A stretch of DNA of 64,000 nt from Lentisphaeria bacterium (GCA_041690595.1 JAWLHB010000003.1:124001-188000), one strand, 5' to 3'. Positions 1 to 10,381 are shown, counted from the stretch's first letter. Translations and numbers: made by a program. The notes: generated from the sequence alone by a model not told the origin.

Positions 1-1
1 G

Positions 2-2083
2 TGCGACGCGGACATCATGCGCCGCCTCAAGGACGAGCACAAGCTCATCCACAAGAGCACCACCCGACACAACTATCCCCACTGCTGGCGTTGTGATGCC
101 CCCCTGCTCAACCGTGCCGTCGCCACCTGGTTTGTCAACGTCGAGCAGCTCAAGGAAAAGATGCTGGCAGCCAACAGCCAGATCCGCTGGGTGCCCGGTC
201 ATATCAAGGAAGGCCGTTTCGGCAAGTGGCTGGCCAACGCCCGCGACTGGGCCATCTCGCGCAATCGTTACTGGGGATGCCCCCTGCCTATCTGGCGCAA
301 TGCCGACACCGGCGAAATCCGTTGCGTCGGCTCCGTCCATGAACTCGAGGAACTCACCGGCGCCAGCGTTCACGATCTTCACAAGCACTTCGTCGACAAG
401 CTGGAGATCCCCGGCGCTAGTGGCGGCACCTTGAAACGCGTCCCTGAAGTACTCGACTGCTGGTTCGAAAGCGGCTCCATGCCCTATGCCCAGCACCATT
501 ACCCCTTCCAGGACAAGAACTGGGTCGAATCCCATTTCCCCGCCGACTTCATCGCCGAAGGACAGGACCAGACTCGCGGCTGGTTCTACACGCTCATCGT
601 CATCGGCGCCGCCCTCTTCGACAAGCCCCCTTTCAAGAACGTCATCGTCAATGGCCTGGTCCTGGCCGAAGATGGCTTCAAGATGTCCAAGCGGCTCAAG
701 AACTATCCCGACCCCATGTACATCATGGACACCTACGGCGCCGATGCCATGCGCCTGTACCTGCTCTCCAGCGCCGTCGTCCGCGGCGAGGATATGCGCT
801 TCAGCGAAGAGCAGGGCGTGAAGATTATCGACGGCAAGGAGGTGCAGACCCCACCCGGCGTCCGCGACACCATGCGCAGCGTCCTTCTGCCCCTCTGGAA
901 CGCCTACAGCTTCTTTGTCACCTACGCCTTGGTCGACAAGTGGCAGCCTTCCGAAGATGCACTGCCCGACAAGCTCGCCAACCCGCTCGACCAGTGGATC
1001 GTTTCCCGCCTCGAAGGGATGGTCGAGGATGTGCGCGCCAGCATGGATGCGTATGAACTGCAGCCCGCCGCCACCCGTTTCACCGAGTTCATCGACCAGC
1101 TCACCAACTGGTACATCCGTCGCAGCCGCCGGCGCTTCTGGAAGAGCCTCAATGACGGCGACAAGGCGCAGGCCTACGCTACCCTCTACCACGTCCTCAT
1201 CACCTTCGCCAGGACTGCCGCTCCCTTCATCCCCTTCATCACTGAGTCCATCTACCGCAACCTGCGCACCCCCAATATGCCGGAATCGGTCCACCTCTGC
1301 GACTTCCCGGAGGCACTCGTCAAATACCGCAACGAGCAACTGGATCGTCGTATGGCACGCGCCATGACCGCCGTCTCGCTCGGTCGTTACCTGCGCAGCC
1401 AGGCTCAACTGCGCACGCGTCAACCCTTGCGCGCCGTCTACCTCGTTTCGCTCAACGAGCAGGCCCGCCAGGATCTCGCCGTCATGCAGGATGTCATCAG
1501 CGAAGAACTCAATGTCCGCCAGGTCATCATCCAGGCAGACGAAGAGGAACTGGTCCACCTGAGCGCCAAAGCCAACTACAAGAAGCTCGGCCGTCAGCTC
1601 GGCAAGCAGATGAAGGCAGCTGCCGGCGCCATCGAAAAACTTGACGATAAGAGCATCCACCTTCTCCGTGAAGGCGGCTCCTGCACGATCGAGCTTGACG
1701 ACGCCCAGACCGTTGATATCACCATCGAGGACATCGATATCCGGCGCGAGGAGAAGGCCGGCCTCGCCGTTGCCAACGAAGGCGACATCACGGTGGCCCT
1801 TGACACCGCCCTCGACCCGCAACTGGAGCGCGAAGGGCTTGCCCGCGAAGTCGTCCACGTCATTCAGCAATTGCGCAAGGATGCCGATTTCGATGTCTCA
1901 GACCGCATTGTTGTCCATTATCATGCTCCCCTGCAAGTTGGGGAGGCAATCGAGCAGTTCAAGGAGTATATTGCAGGCGAAACCCTGGCGCGTGATGTTA
2001 TCGCCCAGGCAACCGCGGAAGGCAAGCAGGCTGCACAGGTCGTGGAGCATGCCTGCCATTTTGCCGTGACAACCTGCACGTAG
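2..2083 (+). CDS. ileS: Isoleucyl-tRNA synthetase, type 2 (IleRS2), 5'-truncated at the window edge
   Basis: Motifs HNYPHCWRC, RDWAISRNRYWG, VLDCWFESGSMPYAQ, FIAEGQDQTRGWFY, KMSKR, LTNWYIRRSRRRFW; long C-terminal extension typical of IleRS2; frame stays open upstream of ATG 17. Confidence 0.97.
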   Translation, partial: CDADIMRRLKDEHKLIHKSTTRHNYPHCWRCDAPLLNRAVATWFVNVEQLKEKMLAANSQIRWVPGHIKEGRFGKWLANARDWAISRNRYWGCPLPIWRNADTGEIRCVGSVHELEELTGASVHDLHKHFVDKLEIPGASGGTLKRVPEVLDCWFESGSMPYAQHHYPFQDKNWVESHFPADFIAEGQDQTRGWFYTLIVIGAALFDKPPFKNVIVNGLVLAEDGFKMSKRLKNYPDPMYIMDTYGADAMRLYLLSSAVVRGEDMRFSEEQGVKIIDGKEVQTPPGVRDTMRSVLLPLWNAYSFFVTYALVDKWQPSEDALPDKLANPLDQWIVSRLEGMVEDVRASMDAYELQPAATRFTEFIDQLTNWYIRRSRRRFWKSLNDGDKAQAYATLYHVLITFARTAAPFIPFITESIYRNLRTPNMPESVHLCDFPEALVKYRNEQLDRRMARAMTAVSLGRYLRSQAQLRTRQPLRAVYLVSLNEQARQDLAVMQDVISEELNVRQVIIQADEEELVHLSAKANYKKLGRQLGKQMKAAAGAIEKLDDKSIHLLREGGSCTIELDDAQTVDITIEDIDIRREEKAGLAVANEGDITVALDTALDPQLEREGLAREVVHVIQQLRKDADFDVSDRIVVHYHAPLQVGEAIEQFKEYIAGETLARDVIAQATAEGKQAAQVVEHACHFAVTTCT

Positions 2084-2092
2084 GCGAGCAAC

Positions 2093-3583
2093 ATGGCTCA
2101 CAACGAGGTCTGCCCAAATTGCAGCAACGACATCGTCATACCCGATGGTGTACGGGAATTTACCTGCCCCCACTGCAAAGTCACCTTGGAGTTCGATCCT
2201 CCCAAGCCTGAGCCTGCCTCGCTGCCGCCACGGCCCGTACCCGCCCGCTCTCGCGACCGCAAACACCGGGCCGAGCAGACGCTGAGAGACTTCTACCGCC
2301 AGACCGAAACGGAAAGCATCTCCTTTGTTCAGCGTCCTGCTTCCAGCCGCGTCCCCGTCAGTCGCGGCCATGTTAACTTCCCCTATCTTCCGCAATTACC
2401 GCTCCCGGATGTCGGCGCCATCGAGGTCAAGGCGCGTAAGCGCAGCACCCTCAAGGTCGCCATGCCTGTCGATACCGATATCCTTTCCGGACTTCGTCGC
2501 CGTCAGAACGACCCCGGCGGCAAGAGCCTCCTCGACACGACACCGCCAGACCTCAACAAGGACTCCTCCGGCGAACTGCCCGCTGCCGCGACCGCCCCCG
2601 GTGAAGAGCGCAGGCGTACACCGTCCGTTGACGACATGCAGCGCGTCACACCGGCCGAGGGCATTCGCCCCGCCCGCATGAGAGCCGATACGCCCCGCTC
2701 TGAAGACCTCGCTGACGTGCCCCGCGCGGAACCGTCCAACGTCCAGGAACAGGCCGCCAGAATTCGCGCCAACGCGCGCCAGAAAGCCGCGGATACCGGC
2801 TCGAAGATACGCGAGGAAGCGCGCCTCAAGGCAGAAGAGTGGAAGCGCCAGGAATTGGCCCGAATCAATGCCGAGCAACGCCAGCGTGAAGAGTCACGAC
2901 GTGCCACGGAAGAGACCCGGCTCCGAGCCGCCGAGGAAGCACGCAAAGCCCGCCAGGAAGCCGAAGAGCAGGCACAGGAGCAGATCGCCCGCGCTGCCGA
3001 GGAAGCCCGTTTGGCTGCCCAGGAAGAGATTCGCAAAGCACACGAAGAAGCCCGCCGCATGGCGGAAGAAGAGCGAAAGCATCAAGCCAGGGAAGTGGCC
3101 GAGGCGAAGCAACGCGCCGCGGCCGAAGCCAAAGCCAGAAAAGCCGCCGAGGACGCCAGGAAGTTGGCCGAAGAAGCCGCCCGCCAAAAGGCCGAAGAGG
3201 CCGCCAGGAAGTTGGCCGAAGAGGCCGCCCGCGAAAAGGTACGCCAGCAGGCCGAGGACGCTGCCAGGCAGAAAGCGCAGGAGGAAGCTCGCGAGAACGC
3301 CATGCGGAAAGCACGGGAAGCAGCGCGCCTGAAGGCCATCGAGCAGGCTCGCCAAAATGCCCATGAGGAGATCCGCCGCAAAGCCATCGAGGAAGCCAGG
3401 CGAAAGGCAACCGAAGAGAAGAAGCAGGAGCTGATCGAGCAGGCAAAGCTGAAGGCCAGGGAAAGAGCCATGGAGCATGCCCGCCTGCAGAAGGAAAAGG
3501 AGCTCCGCATGAATGCGTACGAAGAAGAGGCCCGCCGAAAGCTCGAAGAAGAGCTGAAAAAACTGGAAGATGAGGCCCAATGA
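2093..3583 (+). CDS. Hypothetical protein: N-terminal zinc ribbon, Pro-rich linker, long Ala/Glu/Arg/Lys coiled coil (TolA-like composition)
   Basis: CPNC...CPHC at N-terminus; about 270 aa EEARRKA-type helix; starts 9 bp after ileS stop. Confidence 0.75.
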   Translation: MAHNEVCPNCSNDIVIPDGVREFTCPHCKVTLEFDPPKPEPASLPPRPVPARSRDRKHRAEQTLRDFYRQTETESISFVQRPASSRVPVSRGHVNFPYLPQLPLPDVGAIEVKARKRSTLKVAMPVDTDILSGLRRRQNDPGGKSLLDTTPPDLNKDSSGELPAAATAPGEERRRTPSVDDMQRVTPAEGIRPARMRADTPRSEDLADVPRAEPSNVQEQAARIRANARQKAADTGSKIREEARLKAEEWKRQELARINAEQRQREESRRATEETRLRAAEEARKARQEAEEQAQEQIARAAEEARLAAQEEIRKAHEEARRMAEEERKHQAREVAEAKQRAAAEAKARKAAEDARKLAEEAARQKAEEAARKLAEEAAREKVRQQAEDAARQKAQEEARENAMRKAREAARLKAIEQARQNAHEEIRRKAIEEARRKATEEKKQELIEQAKLKARERAMEHARLQKEKELRMNAYEEEARRKLEEELKKLEDEAQ

Positions 3584-3623
3584 TCGTACCCACAACCACC
3601 AATTTGAAAATGGATATAGCGTG

Positions 3624-4718
3624 ATGAGCGACGCTGAGAAAGAGAAAGAAGAAGCGAAGGATGCGGGAAAGATACAGCCCGAGCCTGCAAACGCCCCCCC
3701 TGAACAGCCCCCTGCCCCTGAACAGCCCCCTGCCCCTGAACAGCCCCCTGCCCCTGAACAGCCCCCTGCCCCTGAACAGCCCCCTGCCCCTGAACAGCCC
3801 TCCACCCCGGATCCCGTTGCCGAGCGCCGCGCCAAGCTCGAAGCCGAAATCCGCCTTCGCCTCCAGGACGAGTTGACCGAGCGTCACGGTGAAGAAGTTG
3901 CCGTGCTCAGCACCGAGGAGCGCCCTGTCCAAAAAGAAGATCGAAAAGCCGGCAAGAAGTCGCGCCCCGTGAAGCCGCGCGCCCGCACCGAGCAGGAAAA
4001 ACAGGCTGCCCTCATGGCTTCCGGTAAAGCCGCTATCGATTCCCGCCTCCGCAAGATGCAGACCATTGCCTACATCGTCATCAGCGTTGTCTGCCTGGCC
4101 GTCTTCGGTTTCTGGGTTCTGCGCGAGGAAAAAAAACCGGCTCCACCCACGTCAACCGCGCCTCAAGTTCCGTTTGTCGCTGAGGCCCCGACGCGCAGCA
4201 ATACCCAGCAACTTGCCGATCAGCGGCGCCCGGAACGGCAGCGCTCCCTCGCCAACTCCCGCTGGCAACGCAAGAAGAAGGACGTCGCCGGCTACATCGA
4301 ACACGAGAACTACATGGAGGCCATTCGCGTCCTGCAGGATCATGCCCGAGATTATCCCGATGACGAAAGCCTGGTTCTTGCGGAGATTGCCCGTATTCAG
4401 GAGGAACACCCACTCGCCACCGGTCAGGGATCGGCATGGTTGCGACTCCAGCCCACCATCGACAAGCTCGTCGCCACCGGCAAGCCCGAGAATCTCGAGG
4501 AAGCCGTCGAAAAACTTGTCGCCTTCAAGATCAAGCACCCGACCGAATCACAGGTCGCCACTTTCAAGATCCGCGATATCCAGCGCATTTACCAGCAGAT
4601 CACCGGTCAGCTCCTCATCTATGAGGACCCCACCGAAAAAGCCGCGGAAGCCGTGAATGATTGGGGCGATTGGGGTGGCGGTGGCGGTGGCGGCGGCGAC
4701 GGCGGCGACGACTTCTGA
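3624..4718 (+). CDS. Single-pass membrane hypothetical protein with PEQPPA repeats and Gly/Asp-rich tail
   Basis: ORF 3570..4718, likely ATG at 3624; TM segment IAYIVISVVCLAVFGFWVL; ends DWGGGGGGGGDGGDDF. Confidence 0.7.
   Translation: MSDAEKEKEEAKDAGKIQPEPANAPPEQPPAPEQPPAPEQPPAPEQPPAPEQPPAPEQPSTPDPVAERRAKLEAEIRLRLQDELTERHGEEVAVLSTEERPVQKEDRKAGKKSRPVKPRARTEQEKQAALMASGKAAIDSRLRKMQTIAYIVISVVCLAVFGFWVLREEKKPAPPTSTAPQVPFVAEAPTRSNTQQLADQRRPERQRSLANSRWQRKKKDVAGYIEHENYMEAIRVLQDHARDYPDDESLVLAEIARIQEEHPLATGQGSAWLRLQPTIDKLVATGKPENLEEAVEKLVAFKIKHPTESQVATFKIRDIQRIYQQITGQLLIYEDPTEKAAEAVNDWGDWGGGGGGGGDGGDDF
3699..3800 (+). repeat. Perfect 18-bp tandem repeat CCTGAACAGCCCCCTGCC (5 full copies + 12 bp) encoding PEQPPA
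   Basis: Read directly from the sequence. Confidence 0.97.
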
Positions 4719-4814
4719 ACTGCCGGCTCCTGTCATGACACCTTGCCTGCGACCGGCACAACTCCATATTCATTCCTTTTTCATTTACCGCAACCATGCG
4801 AGAGGGGCAACCAG

Positions 4815-6047
4815 ATGACTGATAGCGTCGATTACCTCATCATCGGGGGAGGACTGGCCGCCAAGGAAGCCGTCCGAAATCTCCGCAAACAGGACCCGAA
4901 CGGCACGCTTCTCATGGTCTCCGAAGAGACTCATCTGCCCTATGACCGGCCGCCTCTCACCAAGGCCTACATGCTGGGCAAGAAGCTCCGTGACGAACTC
5001 TTCTTCGAAAACGAAGCCTACTACGCTGACAACCGTATCGACGTCGCTCTGGGCAACAGCGTCACGGCCCTCCAGCCGTCCGAGCACACCGCCACCCTGG
5101 CGGATGGCCGCACCGTGCGCTATGGCAAAGCTCTTCTGGCCACTGGCGGACGCGCCGTCCGCCTCCCCATTCCCGGTAATGATCTTCAGGGGGTCCATTA
5201 TCTGCGCACCCTCGACGACTGCGACGCCATCCGCAAGGATGCCGGCCTGGGGAAACGCGCCGTCATCATCGGCGCCGGTTTCATCGGCCTCGAACTCGCC
5301 GCCTCCCTCACCGCCCACGGCTGCCACGTTCATGTCCTCGAAATGGCCGCTCACATCTGGCCCCGCTTCGCCGACGACATCCTGGCGGCGTACTTTCAAC
5401 GCTACTGTGAAGAACGAGGCGTCACCTTCCACTGCAACGAGCGCGTCAGTGAGCTGCTCGGCGAGCACGGGCGCGTCACCGCCGTCCGCACTGCCGCCGG
5501 CACCGTCCTCGACGCCGATTTTGTCTGCATCGGTGTCGGTATCCGCCCCAATGTCGAGTTGGCGAAGGAAGCAGGACTTGCTGTGGACAATGGCATCGTC
5601 GTCGATCAATACCTCCGCACCAGCGATCCCGATATCCATGCCGCCGGCGACGTCATCAACTATCCCGATGTCTACTCCGGCCGCCGCCGTCGTGTCGAGC
5701 ACTGGACCCACGCCAACATGGGCGGCCGTGTGGCGGCCCTCAACATGGCCGGTAAGCCAACCCCATACGAAGCCCTCTCCTTTGTCTGGTCCGACATCTT
5801 CGATCTCGAACTCAAGTTCCTCGGGGACGAGCACGAACACGAACGCACCATCATGCGCGGCGCCATTGACAGCCATTCCTTTGCCATCCTCTACATCACT
5901 CAGGGGCACATCATCGCCTGCTTCGTCGTCAACGGGGATCCACGCGAGTTCTCCACCATGCGAAGGCTCATCCAGAGCAAGGTCAATGTCATCGGCAGAG
6001 AAGATGTGCTGACCGATCCGGCCGGCGACCTGAAGTCGCTGCTTTGA
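4815..6047 (+). CDS. FAD/NAD(P)-dependent oxidoreductase, ferredoxin reductase-like (Pyr_redox_2 + Reductase_C)
   Basis: IIGGGLAA, PYDRPPLTK, LLATGG, IIGAGFIGLE, TSDPDIHAAGDV, RVEHW, FVWSD; AGAGGGG RBS before ATG 4815. Confidence 0.9.
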   Translation: MTDSVDYLIIGGGLAAKEAVRNLRKQDPNGTLLMVSEETHLPYDRPPLTKAYMLGKKLRDELFFENEAYYADNRIDVALGNSVTALQPSEHTATLADGRTVRYGKALLATGGRAVRLPIPGNDLQGVHYLRTLDDCDAIRKDAGLGKRAVIIGAGFIGLELAASLTAHGCHVHVLEMAAHIWPRFADDILAAYFQRYCEERGVTFHCNERVSELLGEHGRVTAVRTAAGTVLDADFVCIGVGIRPNVELAKEAGLAVDNGIVVDQYLRTSDPDIHAAGDVINYPDVYSGRRRRVEHWTHANMGGRVAALNMAGKPTPYEALSFVWSDIFDLELKFLGDEHEHERTIMRGAIDSHSFAILYITQGHIIACFVVNGDPREFSTMRRLIQSKVNVIGREDVLTDPAGDLKSLL

Positions 6048-6096
6048 ACAAGGCCGGGCCAAAGGACAGCATGTATTCAGCGATGGATTTGACCAG

Positions 6097-7668
6097 ATGA
6101 GCATACTCAGCGAAAGAATATGGTTCGGCAGCGTCTATCGCGGCGATGAAGCACCCGTCGACCTGCGCCGCCCGCTGGCGATCGCCGTCACCTTCATCCT
6201 GCTTGTGATCTTCCGCCTCCTGCTGCCATTTCGCAGCCATCCCTCGATGCTCGTCTACGAGGAGGTTGTGTGGGGGTTGATGAATCAGGACAACTGGGCC
6301 CGCCAGGCCCTCGTTGCCGCCATCGAATATCCACCGGTGCCAACCATTGCCCTGCTCCTGCTGCGGACGCTGCAACGTCCATTCGTGGCCATGGGGATGG
6401 GCGGCGCTTCTCTCGTCACCGTGCCCACCCTCATGGTTGCCATCTGTCAGGTCTGGAGCTTCTTCTACCTGGTCCGCCTCGCCGACCTCTATCACAGCCG
6501 CAAGCTGCGCTACCCTCTGGCCGCGCTGCTGATGCTCTGCCTCTTCCTCGGCAGCGGTGCACTCGATGCCAATCCCTTCTGGGTCTATGTGGTCATGCTC
6601 TGCAGTATCGTCTTTCATCTATGCCGCTGGGAGATCAGCGATTCCCTGCGGGACCTGGTTGTCGTCGCTCTCAACTGCGGACTCCTCATGTTTGGCGGGC
6701 CGATCGGCATGCTCTTCAGCCTCATCATTGCCCTCACCCTGGGGCTGCGCGGCAGTCGCACCCTTCTCCGCCGCCAGGGAGGTGCCATGCTCCTCTGGAT
6801 GCCCATTCTCTATTCCCTTCTCCTCTATCCCCTCTTCAACTGGCTGGTCATGGGCAACGCCTTCTTCTGGCTCAAGCGCTTCTTCTCCAGCTTCGAACAT
6901 CGCGGTCTCCTCGCCAATCTCGCGGACGCGCCCACCTCCGACCTCCACCTGCTTCTGGCCATCACCGTCCTCGCCCTGCTCATCATGCTCCTGCCAAGGG
7001 TGCCCCTCTACACCCGCCTCGGCATCAATCTCGCCTGGGCGTGCGGCCTGATTGCCGTCGTCCGCTCCGGGTCCAACATCTACATCGGTGGCGAATACCT
7101 CCTCACCAGCTTCACCATCATTCCACTCCTGCTCTTCTTCCTCTACTACGAAGACTCGCCTGTACGCCGCGTCCTCCCCACCCTCGCGCTCATGGGAATC
7201 ATTGTCCTCGCGGTGGCCGCCTGCATACAGTTCCGCGGTACCTCCCGCTACAACGAGACTTTCGCCTCCAATCCCCCCCCTCCACCGCCTCAGGAGATCC
7301 TCGACGTCGTCAATAGTGTCTGGTCGCGTCGCGGGCGCGTCCTCATCTACGATCTGCACTCCGCCGCCCTCTATGTCAGGCCCCGCGATGGCGACAGCGA
7401 CAGCGATCGCCGACGATTCCTCGCCCGACTCGACTATGACGCGCGGCAGCTTCGGCGCGAACTGGCCACCACCGATGAGGTCTTCCACCTCCTGATTCCC
7501 CCCGACAACAACCGCTTCTACTCCCGTGGGCGCAGCCCTTTGGCCGATATCCAGCAGGGTGGCCAGTCCGGCTGGCTGATGCTGGAGAAAAAGTGGCCGG
7601 GTGGGTGGCAGCTCTTCCGTTGCGTCATCGCCCAGGCAAAGCCCTCACCGGCAACGTCCACACCGTAG
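6097..7668 (+). CDS. Polytopic membrane protein, possibly GT-C glycosyltransferase-like
   Basis: About 10-12 hydrophobic segments, EYPP motif after the first loop, soluble C-terminal domain; family assignment tentative. Confidence 0.55.
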   Translation: MSILSERIWFGSVYRGDEAPVDLRRPLAIAVTFILLVIFRLLLPFRSHPSMLVYEEVVWGLMNQDNWARQALVAAIEYPPVPTIALLLLRTLQRPFVAMGMGGASLVTVPTLMVAICQVWSFFYLVRLADLYHSRKLRYPLAALLMLCLFLGSGALDANPFWVYVVMLCSIVFHLCRWEISDSLRDLVVVALNCGLLMFGGPIGMLFSLIIALTLGLRGSRTLLRRQGGAMLLWMPILYSLLLYPLFNWLVMGNAFFWLKRFFSSFEHRGLLANLADAPTSDLHLLLAITVLALLIMLLPRVPLYTRLGINLAWACGLIAVVRSGSNIYIGGEYLLTSFTIIPLLLFFLYYEDSPVRRVLPTLALMGIIVLAVAACIQFRGTSRYNETFASNPPPPPPQEILDVVNSVWSRRGRVLIYDLHSAALYVRPRDGDSDSDRRRFLARLDYDARQLRRELATTDEVFHLLIPPDNNRFYSRGRSPLADIQQGGQSGWLMLEKKWPGGWQLFRCVIAQAKPSPATSTP

Positions 7669-7791
7669 CCGGATCTCGCCTTCCAGGGCCCTGCATCAGT
7701 GCATGTTTACTTCACCGGCAACTTGATCTACTGTATGGACCATGCTCGCGCGATGCTCATCCATTGACAAGACTGCGGCAAAAAGTACCAC

Positions 7792-8679
7792 ATGCGGAAT
7801 CTGGCAACAACCTGTGCATACCTTTGCGCCGGGGTATGGCTGCTTTTCACGGCAACTGGCCGTGGCGCCGAACCTCTGATTGTGCGCGTGCCCGCAAGCG
7901 GCTGCCATGACGCCGATCTCTACTTCGTTGAACTTCTCCACCTCGCACTGAAAGGCACCGTCGATACCCACGGTCCCTACAGGATCGTCACCGCGGATAT
8001 CGATGTCCCCGTCCCTGAACGCGGCATGCGGCTGCTGCGCGATGGCCACGGCATCGACGTTGCCTGGCTCCAGACGGATCCGGAGTTGGAGAAGCAACTG
8101 CAGGTCATCCGGATTCCCCTCCTGCGCGGCCTGAGCGGCTGTCGTCTGCTCCTCATACGTAAGGAATCTCAGGAGAGCTTCGCCGCCATCGACCAGCTTG
8201 CCGCGCTTCAGGACATGCGCGCCGGCCACATGGCGGGCGATCCGCAAGGCGCCATCCTGCGCGCCAACAGCATCGAAGTCGCCGACGGTCGCGACCTGCA
8301 AAGCCTCCTCTCCATGCTGCGGAAGGACCGCTTCGATTTCCTGCCGCTGAGCATCTGTTCGCCGCTGCTTGTCACGAAGACTGACGGCTTTGTTGTCGAG
8401 CAGCACCTCCTGCTCTGGTACCCAACCGCCATCTACTACTTCCTCCCTCCCCAGCATGCCGAGCTGGCTGAACGCCTCTCCGCGGGCCTGACCGGAGCCA
8501 TCTCCGATGGCTCCTTCGAAGAGCTCTTCCTGCGGCATCACGGCGACTACTGCAAGGAACTGCTGACTGGCAAACGCAACGTCATACGTCTGCGGAACCC
8601 CCGCCTACCGGAAGCCACTCCACTGCACGATAACTCCCTTTGGATAAACCCCGAGGCGGGACTCGCTTTCCGTGAATGA
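7792..8679 (+). CDS. Extracytoplasmic solute-binding protein (SBP family 3-like)
   Basis: Signal peptide; IRIPLLRGLSGCRLLLI, MLRKDRFDFLP, ISDGSFEELF, IRLRNPRLP typical of stand-alone SBPs. Confidence 0.75.
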   Translation: MRNLATTCAYLCAGVWLLFTATGRGAEPLIVRVPASGCHDADLYFVELLHLALKGTVDTHGPYRIVTADIDVPVPERGMRLLRDGHGIDVAWLQTDPELEKQLQVIRIPLLRGLSGCRLLLIRKESQESFAAIDQLAALQDMRAGHMAGDPQGAILRANSIEVADGRDLQSLLSMLRKDRFDFLPLSICSPLLVTKTDGFVVEQHLLLWYPTAIYYFLPPQHAELAERLSAGLTGAISDGSFEELFLRHHGDYCKELLTGKRNVIRLRNPRLPEATPLHDNSLWINPEAGLAFRE

Positions 8680-10381
8680 CGAGCGCAGCAGCACGGATAA
8701 GGCATTGAGCACACTGTCCAACCTCAGACGACGAGTTGGCGTCCATGACGGCGGGCGCCTCGTCTTCATCCTCGTCGCCCTGCTCGCGGCAGGAACCTTC
8801 ATCGTCTATCAGGAAGCAGTCAGCCGCAGTCAGGCGCGCCATCGCGTCGTCGGCTACAGTCGGTGGTTTGATAAGCCTCTCTGGCAGGTCGATCGCCTGG
8901 GCGCCGACGAGTTTCTCAGCCTCTTTGTCGGCCAGGATGGCATGGAGGAGATCTCCATTTATCACAATGACGGGGAGCTCTTTGCCCGCCGCCAGCAACC
9001 TCGGCGGGACGGCAGACTCGCGAAAGCGTTTCACTTCCTTGGGCTGATTCGCCAGGAGTGGCTCCAAGCCCACGTCATCCACGAGGGTCAGCGTATCGGC
9101 TATATCGAGGCCGTCTGGCTCAACCACAACATTTACATCTACATGGGCATGCTGCTCCTCATGTCTGTCGCCTACGGCGGCTTCATCACCCTGCGCCACC
9201 TGATCGCCACCATCGGCCGCGGTCGCCGCAGCGAATGGCGACTCGAACGTGAAATCACCGCCCGGCGAAAAGCCCAGGAAGCCCTCAGCCACAATCAGGA
9301 GATGCTCGAATCCATCGTTGCCGGCGCCCCCCTGATCCTCTTTGCTCTCGACCACAATGCCCGCTTCACCCTCTGCCGCGGCCGGGGCATCGAACGCTTC
9401 GGTATTCAGTCCGATCAGCTGATCGGCGCCCCGCTCGACATCCTCTTTCCAGATACGGACACCGCGCGTGATTGCTTCCAGCGCGCCATCGGCGGCCGCA
9501 CCTTCAGTTCCACTCTCGCCATGCGCCACCTCATCTGCGATTGCTGGTTTTCACCCTTCCGCAACCGCGGCAGCGACATCGTCGGCGTCATCGGCGTCGC
9601 CACCGACATCACCGCCATCAAGTCGGCGGAACAGGAATTGATCAAGGCCAAAGAGATCGCGGAGGCCGCCAACCGCACCAAGAGCATCTTCCTCGCCAAG
9701 ATGAGCCACGAGCTGCGCACCCCCCTCAACGCCATCATCGGCTTCGCCCTCATCCTCCAGAAGAATGACGAAGGAAACCTCCTGCCTGAACAGCATCACT
9801 TCATCGAACGTATCGGCGACAATGGCCGGCACCTCCTCGCCATCATCAATCAGATTCTGGATCTCTCCAAGGTCGAGGCCGGCCGCATGGACATCGAACT
9901 CTCTCCTGTCGACCTGCATGAACTCACCGATGAGATCATGGATAGCTTCTGCGCCCTGGCCACCCAACGCCGCATTCTGCTCCGCAGCGTCGTCCCCGAG
10001 ACGCTCCAGCCCCTCCTGACCGATGTGGAGAAGCTGCGGCAGGTACTCATCAACCTCGTCAGCAATGCGCTCAAATTCACCTGCCAGGGCGCCATCACTA
10101 TCGAAGTCGACACGACCCCAGATGGCTCTGTCCGCCGCATCAGCGTCGCCGATACAGGTGTGGGTATACCCCGGGACAAACTCGACGTCGTCTTCGAAGC
10201 CTTTCAACAGGTCGACGATCACACCAGTCGCCGCTATGACGGCACCGGCCTGGGCCTCACCATCTCCCGCTCCCTGTGCGAGTTGCTTGGCTATCGCCTG
10301 GACGTCCAGAGCCAGGAGGGGCGCGGCTCTGTTTTCTCAGTTATTGTAAGTCATGATCCCGTCAGCCTACCTGTTACTTGA
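8672..10381 (+). CDS. Membrane sensor histidine kinase (2 TM, PAS, HisKA, HATPase)
   Basis: FLAKMSHELRTPLNAIIG, QVLINLVSNALKFT, DTGVGI, FQQVD, GTGLGL; GTG start overlaps the SBP stop. Confidence 0.93.
   Translation: MNDERSSTDKALSTLSNLRRRVGVHDGGRLVFILVALLAAGTFIVYQEAVSRSQARHRVVGYSRWFDKPLWQVDRLGADEFLSLFVGQDGMEEISIYHNDGELFARRQQPRRDGRLAKAFHFLGLIRQEWLQAHVIHEGQRIGYIEAVWLNHNIYIYMGMLLLMSVAYGGFITLRHLIATIGRGRRSEWRLEREITARRKAQEALSHNQEMLESIVAGAPLILFALDHNARFTLCRGRGIERFGIQSDQLIGAPLDILFPDTDTARDCFQRAIGGRTFSSTLAMRHLICDCWFSPFRNRGSDIVGVIGVATDITAIKSAEQELIKAKEIAEAANRTKSIFLAKMSHELRTPLNAIIGFALILQKNDEGNLLPEQHHFIERIGDNGRHLLAIINQILDLSKVEAGRMDIELSPVDLHELTDEIMDSFCALATQRRILLRSVVPETLQPLLTDVEKLRQVLINLVSNALKFTCQGAITIEVDTTPDGSVRRISVADTGVGIPRDKLDVVFEAFQQVDDHTSRRYDGTGLGLTISRSLCELLGYRLDVQSQEGRGSVFSVIVSHDPVSLPVT

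Noticed and set aside
3570..3623. Frameshift joining the 2093 and 3570 ORFs into one gene
   Set aside because: The junction is AT-rich and intergenic-like, with its own GTG/ATG start and no slippery site; two genes is simpler.
3699..3800. Tandem repeat as a CRISPR array
   Set aside because: No spacers, 18-bp in-frame coding unit, no cas genes.
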